Part shown: positions 53,101 to 64,000 of the stretch, piece by piece | How the letters are laid out: every line of letters begins with the position of its first letter | How positions within the stretch are numbered: position 1 is the first letter of the stretch | Notes under the pieces: generated by a model | Database searches by the model: none | Told to the model about the DNA's origin: nothing | What the model saw: only the letters and a program-made list of their open reading frames with translations | From: Azolla caroliniana | Taxonomy: Eukaryota; Plantae; Polypodiophyta | Assembly (NCBI GenBank): GCA_043228905.1 | Contig: JBHGNT010000010.1 | Span: 2,480,001 to 2,544,000 of the forward strand | Length of the DNA: 64,000 nucleotides | Direction of reading: 5' to 3' | Program-made: the position numbers and the translations under genes

Positions 53101-55360
53101 CACTTAGTTCCCAATTTACACAAGTAGTACTAATCATGCACAATATACTACTCACTTAGTTAGCAAATTACACAAGGAGTACTAATCCCGAACATTGTAC
53201 CACTGACTTAGTCAAATTACACAATTAGTACTAATCCTGAACAATGTACTACTCAACAATGTACCACTGACTTAGTCAAATTACACAATTAGTACTAATC
53301 CTCATTTCGTACTACTCACTTATTTTCTAGATTACTGATCTAGTACTAATAAGGTACAAAACTAGTACTAATAAGGAACAAAGTACTACTCAGTTCCCAA
53401 ATTACAAAACTAGTATTAATCATGAGCAATGTACTAGTAACTTAGTTCACAAAGTACAGAACTAGTACTATTCATGAAGCATGTAGTACTTACTAAGTAC
53501 TAATCCAACAAATGTAGATTGGTATTTTGCACACAAGTAATACTAAACATGATATGTCTTCTACACACCTAGTTACATAACTTGTACTAATTACACCAAC
53601 AGTATTAATCTTGAACAGTATTAGTACTAAACGTGATATGTGTTTGACACACCTCATTTCCAAATTACAATAATTGTACTATTATTCAACAATTTACTAT
53701 ACACCTTGTTCCCAAATTACATTACTAGTACTAATTCCCAAGTTACACAAACAATCTTAACAGTCAACAGTGTACTATAAGTATAGTGTTTACTAAACTA
53801 ATACTAGGCAAGTTGCAATATAGATTGGACGATGTTGTACCTGGTTCCCTTTTAGTACTACTAATTGTGGAAAATATCCCTTCAACTACACATACCAATT
53901 ATATATTAAGAGTACTGCCAATACTAACCCACATAATTAGGGTTCCACATAATAGTTGTTAGAGATTACACTAAATTTGAAGTATGAATTGTGGCATACA
54001 CTAGTTCTAGTCCAAATGTTAATTGACATCATATAATACAAACAATAGAATAGTAGAGCCACATACCGTACGGGTGTACTTTTAAACCCCAAGCATAGTA
54101 CCACTCAGCCGCAATTGTAGTTTTACAGTCCATACATGTATTCTCTTTCTCAAAATGATACTTAGCACATAGCACATGATATGTGTGCAAGCATGGTGTA
54201 ATCACAACATCCATAGCCTCCAGCTTGAATCCAAGGCCACAAAATATACACCTGGAAGATTGCAAACACAAGTTATAATATATTAGTTGCTCACTTATTT
54301 ATACCAAAGAAGTAGAAATAAATAACTTGTAAAGCCAATACCGTGATATAGCTATACTAATAATGGTACTTTCTATACCACTTGGGTGCTCAATTACAGA
54401 TGGACACAAAGTATCAAAACCATTTTGTTTTAAATCCTGCATCAAGCATGCAAGGTTCTCAGAATGCAACTTTAAGGCTGACAACTTATTATCTATTTCT
54501 TCATGTGCATTCCTGCAAGTATCAAGGTCTCTCATCTGTGAACCTAATTGAGTGCCCATATTGTTTAGCTCTTTCTTCAACTCCTCTTTCAAGACCTCAC
54601 TTTCTGAATTTTGGATTGTCGATGCAATCCATTCATATGTAGTTTTTATTGAAGAAAATTTCTTTTCTGCCTGTATCTCAGCTGATTTAACTGCTTCCAA
54701 ATCAGCAAGTAGTGTTTGTATTCTTGAGCTCATAGAAGCTATGCAACCGGCCATCATCTGTTCATGCTTTTCAGTCATTGTGGCCCGTACCTTTGCCTCT
54801 AGAACTTGGTGGATAGGTGTTATAGCTAGAATATCCACATGAGAGGTTCCAGATGACTTCAAGCCAGTGTTGGTACTGGAGGACCCTTTGTAATGTTCTG
54901 ACCGGTGCCGATTAAAATCTTCCCAATTTACGTCAATGCCACCTTGAACTTCACATGCAAAAGCACGTGCAAAAACAGTACCCACCTCATTGTTAGTGAT
55001 TTGATTTGTATCATAAACATGTTCGTATCTCGTCTTCAATAAATTCATGTATTCCCTCTTCAAACCACTTATGTGGAATCCTCGCCTTGTGTCGGGATGT
55101 GCTGACCCCCAGGTTTTCAACAACCACTCTCTCAGCTCTGGATACACGTCAGGTCGTGCTCGAAGGAAATAATTCCATCCAAGAGGTGTGTCTCGACTGA
55201 TGGAGTGGTACATCTTCTTTCTCTGTGTTGATGAATTCATCACCCTTTCTCTTGTGGGTGTCTTCTTGCTTTCTTTCATGGGTGTCCTTCTTCCTTCCTT
55301 CACTGGTGTCTTCACTTTCTCTTTCATCAATGTCTTCTTTATGGGTGTCCTTCTCGTCAT
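50183..55360 (-). CDS. Transposon-borne unknown protein with coiled coil and RING-H2 finger, 6 exons, ~952 aa
   Basis: Exons 55360-54342, 54251-54067, 53885-53841, 51963-51637, 51557-51303, 51210-50183, all GT-AG and phase-compatible (2859 nt); RING-H2 CIFC-x15-CLHTYHVLC-x10-CMDC; alternative start at 55399. Confidence 0.78.
52060..53500. repeat. 52-bp monomer / 104-bp dimer array in ORF2 intron 3
   Basis: gtactaat(c/g)ccgaac every 104 bp from 52347 to 53179, alternating with gtactaatcatgcac units; degenerate flanks. Confidence 0.93.
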
Positions 55361-55938
55361 TGTCCTAGTCAACACAATTCTCAGGGAATGAATATGCATG
55401 TACTAGAAGAAAACTCAAGCAATTACCATCAACACATAGCAAATCATCTCATTGCATGTACAAACCATGTCAAACACACAATAACCCTAAATAGTCGGAA
55501 AAAAACTCCATTGTAAATCATCATAGCCAACTCCATCATTGTAAATCATCATAGCCAACTCCATCATTGTAAATCATTGTAAATCATCGCATCGCATGTA
55601 CAAGCCAACTCCATCACATCGTAAAACACACAAGCCAACTCCATCACAAGCCAACGAAAACATTGTAAATCATCATAGCCAACTCCATCACATCCCACGT
55701 ACAAGCCATGTCAAACACACAAAAACCCAAAATAGTCGGAAAAACACTCATCCATGTCAAACTCACACAAAATAAAACAGATGGACAAGAAACAAGAACA
55801 AAACGAAAACATAGCAACTCATCATAGCCAACTCCATTTACGTTGCATGTACAAACATGTCTAACACACAACCACCTCGATCAAAATATTTTCATACATT
55901 TTTAAAAGGAACACAGAGAAACACAGAGAAAACAAAAA

Positions 55939-56190
55939 CACAGAGAATACCTGGAGGTTGTACAACTTGCAGAGGTACCAGACCGTGTTGATTTCGACAA
56001 ACGAGGCTGATGCAGAGGAGACAAACGAGCATACAGACAGACAGGAAACATTCAGAAAAAGAAAACATTGAGTATTGGGCATGCAACACAGAGAATACCT
56101 GGAGGTTGTACAACTTGCAGAGGTACCAGACCGTGTTGATTTCGACAAACGAGGCTGCTGCAGAGGAGACAAACGAGCATAGACAGAGGA
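55939..56190. repeat. ~148-bp-period duplication in the ORF2 upstream region
   Basis: cacagagaatacctggaggttgtacaacttgcagagg at ~55939 and ~56087. Confidence 0.85.
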
Positions 56191-56496
56191 AACAAACGAG
56201 CATACACAAGGAAGGAAAATCAACAACACATACAACGAGCAGGGGAAACAAAAATCTCTGCGTTCAGAGATCGAACCTGGCACAGAGGGGAACACAAGAA
56301 CAGCTACGCGGGGAAACAGAGCATCGAAGGTGGAGTGAGAGAGAGAAACAGAAAGAAAGAAAGAAACAGAGCTTTGAAAGAAAAAAACAGAAAGAATCGA
56401 AGGTGGAGTGAAAGAAAGAAACAGAGAGATAGACCTGTAATATATATGTCGTCTTTCTTTAACTTTCTGCCACTGTCTGTCTGACAACTTCGAGAC

Positions 56497-56562
<66 letters not shown>

Positions 56563-58441
56563 GAGAGAGAGAGAGACATACCAATTGACACGTTCGACTA
56601 CCCATACCAGAGAGAGAGAGAGAGAGAGATACTGAGACTGACCAACTGTCACAATGGATACCTTCTCCAGGTGTGCTTTCGTACAACTCTACCTAGGAGA
56701 CTGGGGCAACAATTAATGTATTAAATATGGCCTAGGGACATTTCGAGTGTGACGTACAATATCTTTGTGCATTCGAGTGTGACGTAATGAATTTGTTTTT
56801 TGTTTTTTGAAACTTATTTACAATTTTTAATGTTTATTTTCTTCTTCGATTTAGTACTAAATTTTTGGCCAAAAGTTGGTACACCGTAGCATGCTTCGAC
56901 CCATACACTCTAGTTTATCAACCCCCATCTTGTCTTTGAGTTCATAAGTGTAACTTCCTCTCTCTCTTCCTCTCACACACATACACACACATATCACTCA
57001 ATCTTCCGCTTAACTTAATCACATAATTAGGTACTAATTAATCCTTGCTTAATTACCTAATTATTAACAATTACCTAATCGTTACTCATGAGCATATGGT
57101 AGAGTTCCCAATATTGAGATGCCTCCCACACTCATTTCTTACGACGTGTCATCCTGCGCATTTCTTTGTGAGCCTGTATTGAGGTCATAGTACCACTAAG
57201 TCGCGATACTTTAAGTTGTCTATATAAGTCTCTACAGTACTTATCATACCATCTATTTGGAATTTTAACGTACACTTAGAGGCTACTTTGACCCATGAGA
57301 AGGAAATAAACACCCACATGTTGTTTGTGTCTTCGTCCTAATCAAGGAGACTACTACATTGCACCAAAAAATCTATTATATGAGAAGATAATGCATGTTG
57401 GTCGTCTAATGACAACTTGTGAATCTAGTCAACTAAGGCGAATATTGTAAATAAATGCATAGACATAAGGCTACATTAGGATATTAAGATCCTTTAGATA
57501 GAAAGAGAACTCATTTAGGAGGTCCAACGAATATGTTTTAAATTTGTCGATGAGAAATAAATAATGTCACTTGAGCCCACTTCTCTTTTCGGAAACAATA
57601 TGAACTATTAACAAGTCACAATCCAAGTGTATCTTTACACTTCCTAAAGTATCCCATTGCATATACCTACTTAATTATCATTATGATTTATAGAATTGTT
57701 GTAGGAGCAATATCTAGTTTCAAGAAGGAAAGCACAAATAGCGTAGGACATTGTTGAACTCGAAGGGGCATGTTGGAGATATCAACCTCAACCACATCCT
57801 TGTGCGTGAACACACTCTTTGGGGTTAAAACAATTGTGTTCAAGTTCAACATCAACATAATGAATTCGATGTGCCTATGCATTAATGATATTGCCAAATA
57901 GATCTTAACTTTTATGCATATTTACACATATGCCCTATATAAAGCAAGCTCCCTCTTATACCAAGTCTTGATTATATGGTCAATTTGTACATTGATTATT
58001 GTAGATTCATTTGAAATAGATAATCACCCAAAATATTAAGCAAAAGCAATTATGTATATCACCAAGTAATTAGTCTCATAGGGATGGTAGACTAGGTTAG
58101 AGAAATTTGGGGAATTAAGAGGCTCAATATTTGGTAGAAGATTATGTGTAGTTGGAGTGCCAATATTATCTTCTTTTGGGAGCAAATATATTTATTTGGC
58201 AATTCATGGTTGGTGAATTTCCTATAGAAGTTGCTTTGCAATGAAGAAATATTGTGCCGAGAATTTGTTTTTGCACAAATTAAGAGGAACATAGTCAACA
58301 TAGATTTATCCATTCTCTTGTGGTGATGATATATTTGGTCATTCCTCCTTGTGGTATGGCCTTCTTTGATTTTAGTGTCAAAATCTCAAGAGGACATTGA
58401 ATGCCTTCTCCCCCCCCCCCCCAAAAAAAAAAAAACAGAAG

Positions 58442-59180
58442 AAGAAGCTACTTTCCCATTAGTTAGGAGATATTATTACAAAAAGACTATACCAGGTGGC
58501 TTGTACATAATCGGGGAATCACCCTCTGACCGAGTTCAAGAATATGAAACTACGTACATATCCTTTCAATTTGACAACTTCCCTTCATCACTGGCCAATA
58601 CAAGCCGGATCTAGTGGCCTACAATGAAGGGAGGGTGGGAGGTGAGTAGGAAACAGCCAGCGTTGGGTCTGGTTGTTCCACCTCAGGTCATTTCCTCCTT
58701 GTGTCACCATCAATGTGTTCCACCATTTCTGCTAGAAGCAGACTTCTCCACATTTTTTGGATTTTGTTTGTGTTCTTAGGTATTAGGGACTATGGCATAA
58801 TTGGCTCATGTGAAATGGTTTAGTTTTTCATGCTCAATTTGGGGTTTTGAGATATATATGACAAATAAAAGGCACATAGAAACAATGGTTCATCTTATTG
58901 GAAATTTTTTGGGGGTTGACACAAGAGAGGTTAGGGATTTGTACGCTTACAAAACATTGCATTAGTCATTTGCGTTGGTTGTTATTTCACATGAAGATAT
59001 TGGTCCATTATGAGGGATCTAATGGGAACCTTGATGGGTATTTGTGATAAGACATGCGATATTGCATCCCCTTACATTGTATGATGAAGGGCACTAGTTT
59101 AAAGCTATATGTACCTACTTACATTAAGTAGCCAGTTTTTCTCTAATAATCTCTCCTAACTAATGGGAAAGTAGCTTCTT
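58442..59180. mobile_element. Putative non-autonomous TIR element (~740 bp)
   Basis: Inverted repeat aagaagctactttcccattagttaggaga.attatta at 58442 and ending at 59180; TSD unclear. Confidence 0.55.
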
Positions 59181-59586
59181 TTTGGAAAAATAATAATTAT
59201 AATAATAATAACATATATTATGAGACAATGTTTGCCCATAAAAATCGAATAACATATAAATATGTGGCTCATGGAGCCTTGAGGATATAAATACTTGAGT
59301 AACTTTTGATATTAACACCTAACAAATAGTAACCTCCTCGCTTGTTTCTAATCTTACGATGTCATAGGTTTGTTGTCTTTTTTGAAAGCACTCATTGTGG
59401 GATGAGCTTGAGGCCTTATTTCTAAATGACTTTCTTCTATCAATTGTCAGGTCATCACAAGGAGTGCGAGCGGCTTAGCACAATGATGTAGATGATATGA
59501 GAAGAGGAGGAAAAGAGACAAAGAGAGAAGAGATTAAGAGTTGTGGGAAGTGAAACTAAGGTGAGAGTGAGAGTAGTGGTGAACAA

Positions 59587-59643
<57 letters not shown>

Positions 59644-59827
59644 AAGGAGAGAAAAAAAGGAGTGAGAGTGAGAGTGAGAAAGACAAAAAAAAATCATTAA
59701 GAAAAAAGACCTTATGCAAACTAGTTTCACTTGATCAAGAGCCCATCAATGCAAAGGTCATGTACATCATAGGTAAGGAGTATATATAGGCAAACAAGTG
59801 GGGGAGGAAAGGGGGAGGGGGGGAGAG

Positions 59828-60259
59828 TAACAATTGGCAACGGTTTGGTTCAGTTTGAGAGTGTCAAAACTGAACCAATTTGAAATCGAACAATTTAAAA
59901 AATTTGAAAGTTGAACTAAATCAAACTGACTATGAAACCATTTGAACTGAAACCGTTTAAACCAAACAGTTTTGGTTTTGTGGTTTGGTTTCGGTTTTTA
60001 ACTTAGGTCAAATTTTCAATTTTAAAATTTTCAATTTAAAAAATTTCCATTATTTTAAATTTTAAATTTTCAAAATTTTAAAGATTTTCCTAAAACGTAA
60101 GGATTAGGCTTAAAAATGAAAAGATTGTTTGAAAGAAATAATAATAATATTTGTTTTTTAAAAACCATTAAACCGTTTAAAGCACAATTTCTAACTGTTA
60201 AAACTGAACCGAACCGAAGCGTTAAAAAAAACTTGAACTTGAACCGTTGCCAATTGTTA
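59828..60259. mobile_element. hAT-type MITE
   Basis: 18-bp TIR TAACAATTGGCAACGGTT; flanks GGGGAGAG/GGAGAGAG (7/8 match); many internal AACCG motifs. Confidence 0.85.
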
Positions 60260-60819
60260 GGAGAGAGGGATGGTGAGTAAAGGGTGAATGGGAGAGGAGA
60301 AAAGTGATATCAAGTACTAGGGTGGGTAGTACGATTAGTAGTGTATTAAGGGAAAGGTATATTAAAGTTGGGGATTTAAAGGAGATCTAGAAATTTTAGT
60401 TTTAACTAAGAGTGCATGAAGAGATTTGGATATGGTCCAGCAAATGAAGGGTCTCAGTAGGCTAGCTAGTTTGGGATCGAGGAGAAGGTCGGTATATAGT
60501 TCCTTTAAGAGTCTATGTATACCTAGTTTAGGGGTATTTTTAGAATATCTTAGTTTAAATATAGTGGGGGCAAGGGTAGTGGGGCAAGGGTAGTTTTGTG
60601 AGATTTATGATATATGATTGTTTTTCTAAGTGTAAAAGGGATTTTTTAAAAATTAAAGAGGGGGGTAACCTCTATTAAGTAGTCTACGAAAAAAAGTTTT
60701 TCATGTTACAGTATCCTACTATGATGCTTTCTCTAACTAAGTATTATATAAGTTCATTAGAGATAAAATTGTTTCTAATATGAAGGAGTGGTTGGGAGAG
60801 AAGAGTAAGTAGTGGTATG

Positions 60820-61014
60820 CGGTTGCTAATACCCCATAGGCTGAGGAGCAAAAGGGAGGGATCCGCCCGAGGAGGGGCTCGCTTCTGATTAGCTAGTTGG
60901 TGAGGTAGCGGCTTACCAAGGCGACGATCAGTACCTGGTCTGAGAGGATATCAGCCACACTAGGACTGAGACATGGCCCAGACTCCTACGAGAGGCAGCA
61001 GTGGGGAATCTTCC
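60820..61014 (+). pseudogene. rrn16: Nuclear plastid DNA insertion (NUPT): 16S rRNA fragment
   Basis: gctaatacccc.taggctgaggagcaaaagg...gattagctagttggtgagg...actcctacgagaggcagcagtggggaat; plastid-type helix with substitutions and small deletions in conserved positions. Confidence 0.9.
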
Positions 61015-61899
61015 TTTTGACTTTTTTAGAAGTAATGAAAAGTGAAGGAAGAGTTATTTAATTCGACCCAAAGGTCTAAAAAGGGTAGTTTGGAGGGAGA
61101 GGTTTGGATGGTAAGCTTAATACAATGGTTAGTATTAGAGTTATACAAATTTTAGAAGGGACTCGATAGTTCCATCTTATGTGGAGGCCCACTGACTCAA
61201 GAAAGGGACAAGACAACCATTGTTGGATGAAGGCTAATCGTTGTCTTTCGGCTCCATCATATTCACCAATGATGTCATTATTTTTTATCTTTAGCATGGC
61301 TACAACTTCACTCCATATCTCCTACAATAACGTCATCTAAAGCACGGGTTGATTGGAGAAGACCCGCCTAAAACATTGTTTCCATAGTGTCCATAGTGTT
61401 ATTGGGCTAACCAATTGCAACACGACTTTATCTTTGGCATTGATGGGAGTTGAGTGAACATTGTCAGTGGTGTAAAACAAGACCTATCGTCCCTTTATCA
61501 ACAATGGCATCCCCTGCTCTTGATGCTCATATTTGTCAATTGGGGCCTGCCATGTTAACCAACATACATTCCCCTACTTGAATGTACCTTGCACTTGGCA
61601 TAATTGCTATAGTCAGCAAAACCCCCACTATATTCAATGACTCTCTAGCCAATCCCATAGAGCGTGTCAGATTGATTCTATTTCATTAGGGCATGCTACA
61701 CAATTAGGAGAGCAAGGGATCTCACATTACCACACTCCAACCAACAATGATCTATGTATTAATAGCCATTGAAACGTGGTAATTCGCCTAGCTTGTTATT
61801 GTTTCCATAATTAATGTCAAAACTTGGCAATAGTTGTATGGGGAACATGATATGTGTGCTACATCTTTGTACTAGTCAGTTCCCTGTCGGTTTGAGCAA

Positions 61900-62661
61900 C
61901 TAGGATGTGGCGACCCAATCTAGTCGTCAATTGGAAGAAGGGGATGACTTTGCTTCTTTGTCCCGTATAAGGATCGTGCCACGTCCATTGCAAAGGGTCA
62001 TAGCTAACCTTATATAGCCAAGTGTTTTCATGAACACATATGTGCCATTATGGTTGTACTTTGATCAGATCGCAATCTACAATTCACTCACTACTTGTAT
62101 ACGTGAGCACTCAATTTGGCTTCAACATTCCTCCTGAGATGATGATTGCACCACGTATTCACTCCATTCAACAAAAGTTGATACATTGGAGCTCAAAAAA
62201 ACTTTTTCTAGTAGGACGCATCATAGTGGCGAATCAGGTATTACTTGTAAAAACATGGTACAACCTATCATGTTTGACGATCTCAAAAGGAAGTATACAT
62301 AAGATTCAACCATGGGTATGCAATTACATTTGGTCTGGTAAGGAAAATCATGCAACCTAGATCAAGGTGGTGTTGCATAAACTCACATCACCCAAGTCAA
62401 GAGGAGGGATGGGTCTAATTTATCCCCTCTCACAGTTGAAAGCATTACTCATCAAATTTTTGGTGCAAAGACTCCAACCAGGGGATGACTCTCGGAAATC
62501 GCTACTGATACTACACTTTGCTTACTTTAAGCCATAAATAGAGGTTGATTGGGCCCCTAAGACGGGATAGGTTCTAAACATGGATCTCAAATCAAGATTC
62601 TTGAGCCAATTGGAGGACAAATTCAGTGCATCCATGTGGACGGCATGGTGTGATATAAGAC
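61900..62661 (+). mobile_element. Degenerate L1-type LINE ORF2 remnant
   Basis: KLIHWSSKKLFLVGRIIVANQVL...YIWSG...PKSRGGMGL. Confidence 0.75.
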
Positions 62662-63741
62662 TGTTAGAGACTGAGGCCGTTAGTGCAGAAACGAGAACAA
62701 CATTATGTAATGAAGGACAACAAGTGATGGCAGAAGTAAACTAGGTTGAACAGATCAAGCAAGACAATTGAGCAAAGATCAAGATCAAAGAGACAGAATG
62801 TGTGTGAGAGAGAGAGACCGAGAGACACACAAAGTAATTGTCTTATTACAAACGTTACAAATAGAAGAATAGTGATATCAACATCATCATGAACTAGGTT
62901 ACAAAGTTAGTTATATACTAACTAGGCTAGGGCAACTGTCCTTTTACATATTTACATGAATGTCCCAAACCTAGTTTGTCCAAGTGGGATAGTGTGAATA
63001 TATACACCTGTATTCAACACTCCCTTGTAATGGGCGTATACACTAAGGAGAGACTTGTAATATAAAACCAAAGATACAAGATATACAAAGAGATGTTAGG
63101 ATAGATCAGCTTATTGCCAAATCGGTACTGGTCGAAATAAACAGAGGTCGATTGTTCGAAGCTATCTTTGTTGTCCGACTCGATCAAACTAACTTCTCCT
63201 TAAGCACATCTTGTGCCGAAGTGACCAGAATTGGTCAGCTACGAGACACTTGGTCGTCCCATCTAATATATTGTTGGCCATAGAGATCTTCTTGAGGCCG
63301 AGCTTCCCCTAAGTTACATAGTCCTAGACGAAGTGATATCGAATGTCGATGTGCTTCGAGGCATTGTGATGGACCAAGTTCTTCGACAAGGTGACAACAC
63401 CCTGATTGTTGCTATAGACAACTAGAGCCGAATTGGGATCGGCTTGTCGAAACGTACACGCCAACCGATCAAGCCATAGAGGCTCTTTCACCATGTCAGA
63501 CGCAGCTATGTATTCGACTTCTGTGGTTGAAGTGGTCATGCACTCCTAAATTTTGACTTTCATGAAATTGCTAAGGTCTTGTGTGCCCACCAAGTATCTG
63601 ACTTAGCTGAGATTGTGCATGAATCTGTTGACGACTCCTACAACATGTGCTATGTCAGGCCGTTTCGCGATCATCATGTACATCAAGGAGCCGATTGGCG
63701 GTGCATACGGTACCGATTTCATATCTTCCCCCACCAAACGG
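62662..63741 (-). mobile_element. 3' end of a copia element (LTR 62662-63019, RT end and RNase H)
   Basis: TG...CA LTR followed by ctccc (PPT); STTEVEY...SKHIDIRYHFV; VPYAPPIGSLMY...RPDIA. Confidence 0.85.
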
Positions 63742-64000
63742 TGTCGTGAAGAATTTCGGCCAGAGGCGGAAACCGGGAAACATTGGCTACATCGGCGGGG
63801 TGCAACATGTGTGCTCACCCTTGTACATTTAGTGTGAATAACGAGGGCGCCTTTATGGCACCGAAGAGTAGTCAAGTCGGGACAGACGATCCCATGTAAG
63901 TCGGGATTTATCCCACATTGTAATGCATCCCTCTCCTTGTTCTATAAAAGGAAGGGAGCGCCCTTTGTGAAAGGGTTGCCCATTTTGCTTTAGAGGGTAT
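63742..64000 (+). mobile_element. Start of another TGTCGTG-type gypsy LTR, truncated by the window end
   Basis: tgtcgtgaagaa..tcggcc as at 39374; ctataaaaggaaggg TATA block at ~63942; interrupts the copia RT. Confidence 0.75.

Larger units (their letters stand above)
44013..56902 (+). mobile_element. Intact 12.9-kb Sola2-like DNA transposon carrying a second gene
   Basis: TIRs GGGTCGAAGCACGCTACGGGGTACCAA (44013-39) and TTGGTACACCGTAGCATGCTTCGACCC (56876-902), 25/27 match; 4-bp TSD ATAC confirmed against the uninterrupted sister LTR (ataatatacactc); encodes a DDD transposase. Confidence 0.9.
38803..57069 (+). mobile_element. Ty1/copia element lacking RT/RNase H, hosting three nested insertions
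   Basis: 5' LTR 38803-39243 (441 bp) followed by PBS TGGTATAAGAG; PPT before 43736; 3' LTR split into 43736-44012 and 56903-57069; flanks ATTAG/ATTAC; Gag (from 40138), CNYCGKISHHKEEC, protease WFVHSGASHHM and integrase fragments at 41942-43000; no YVDD region. Confidence 0.92.
30935..58300 (-). mobile_element. Old LINE split into three pieces (30935-31089, 37509-38802, 57070-~58300) by LTR elements
   Basis: C-terminal CCHC finger ICRLCHIEIEDEYHFTRKCPTY in ORF 37459-38061; (TTTC)n tail at ~30935; sequence resumes across the TSDs; the distal piece is very degenerate and its boundary approximate. Confidence 0.6.

Noticed and set aside
47257-53500. Regular arrays as a possible CRISPR
   Set aside because: Units are contiguous near-identical repeats with no unique spacers, there are no cas genes, and the arrays lie in spliceosomal introns
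55861-56652. 263-aa minus-strand ORF and similar SLSLSL/ERERER ORFs elsewhere
   Set aside because: Products of (AG)n microsatellites and local duplications
60820-61014. Functional rRNA gene or bacterial contamination
   Set aside because: Short, mutated, plastid-type and embedded in nuclear repeats

Overview
This is eukaryotic, AT-rich land-plant nuclear DNA. A seed-free plant such as a fern is my inference from the TE types and an embedded plastid fragment; the species cannot be read from the sequence. There is one host gene, an 11-exon UPF3 (NMD factor) at 2131/2584-7893 (+), followed by about 55 kb of transposon-rich sequence. That sequence holds a near-complete Ty1/copia (22353-27604, TSD GGTTT) and a deeply nested cluster built on an old LINE (~30935-58300). 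The cluster contains a Ty3/gypsy (31090-37508, tRNA-Trp PBS) and an RT-deleted copia (38803-57069). The most striking item sits inside the 3' LTR of that copia: an apparently intact 12.9-kb Sola2-like DNA transposon (44013-56902; 27-bp TIRs GGG...CCC, 4-bp TSD ATAC). It encodes a 3-exon ~813-aa DDD transposase and a convergent 6-exon ~952-aa unknown protein with a coiled coil and a RING-H2 finger, and its non-coding parts carry GTACT-rich tandem arrays. Also present are gypsy LTRs that repeatedly insert at ACGT with 4-bp TSDs, hAT-type MITEs and a plastid 16S fragment. Exon models, alignments and mismatch counts were done by eye and need computational confirmation.
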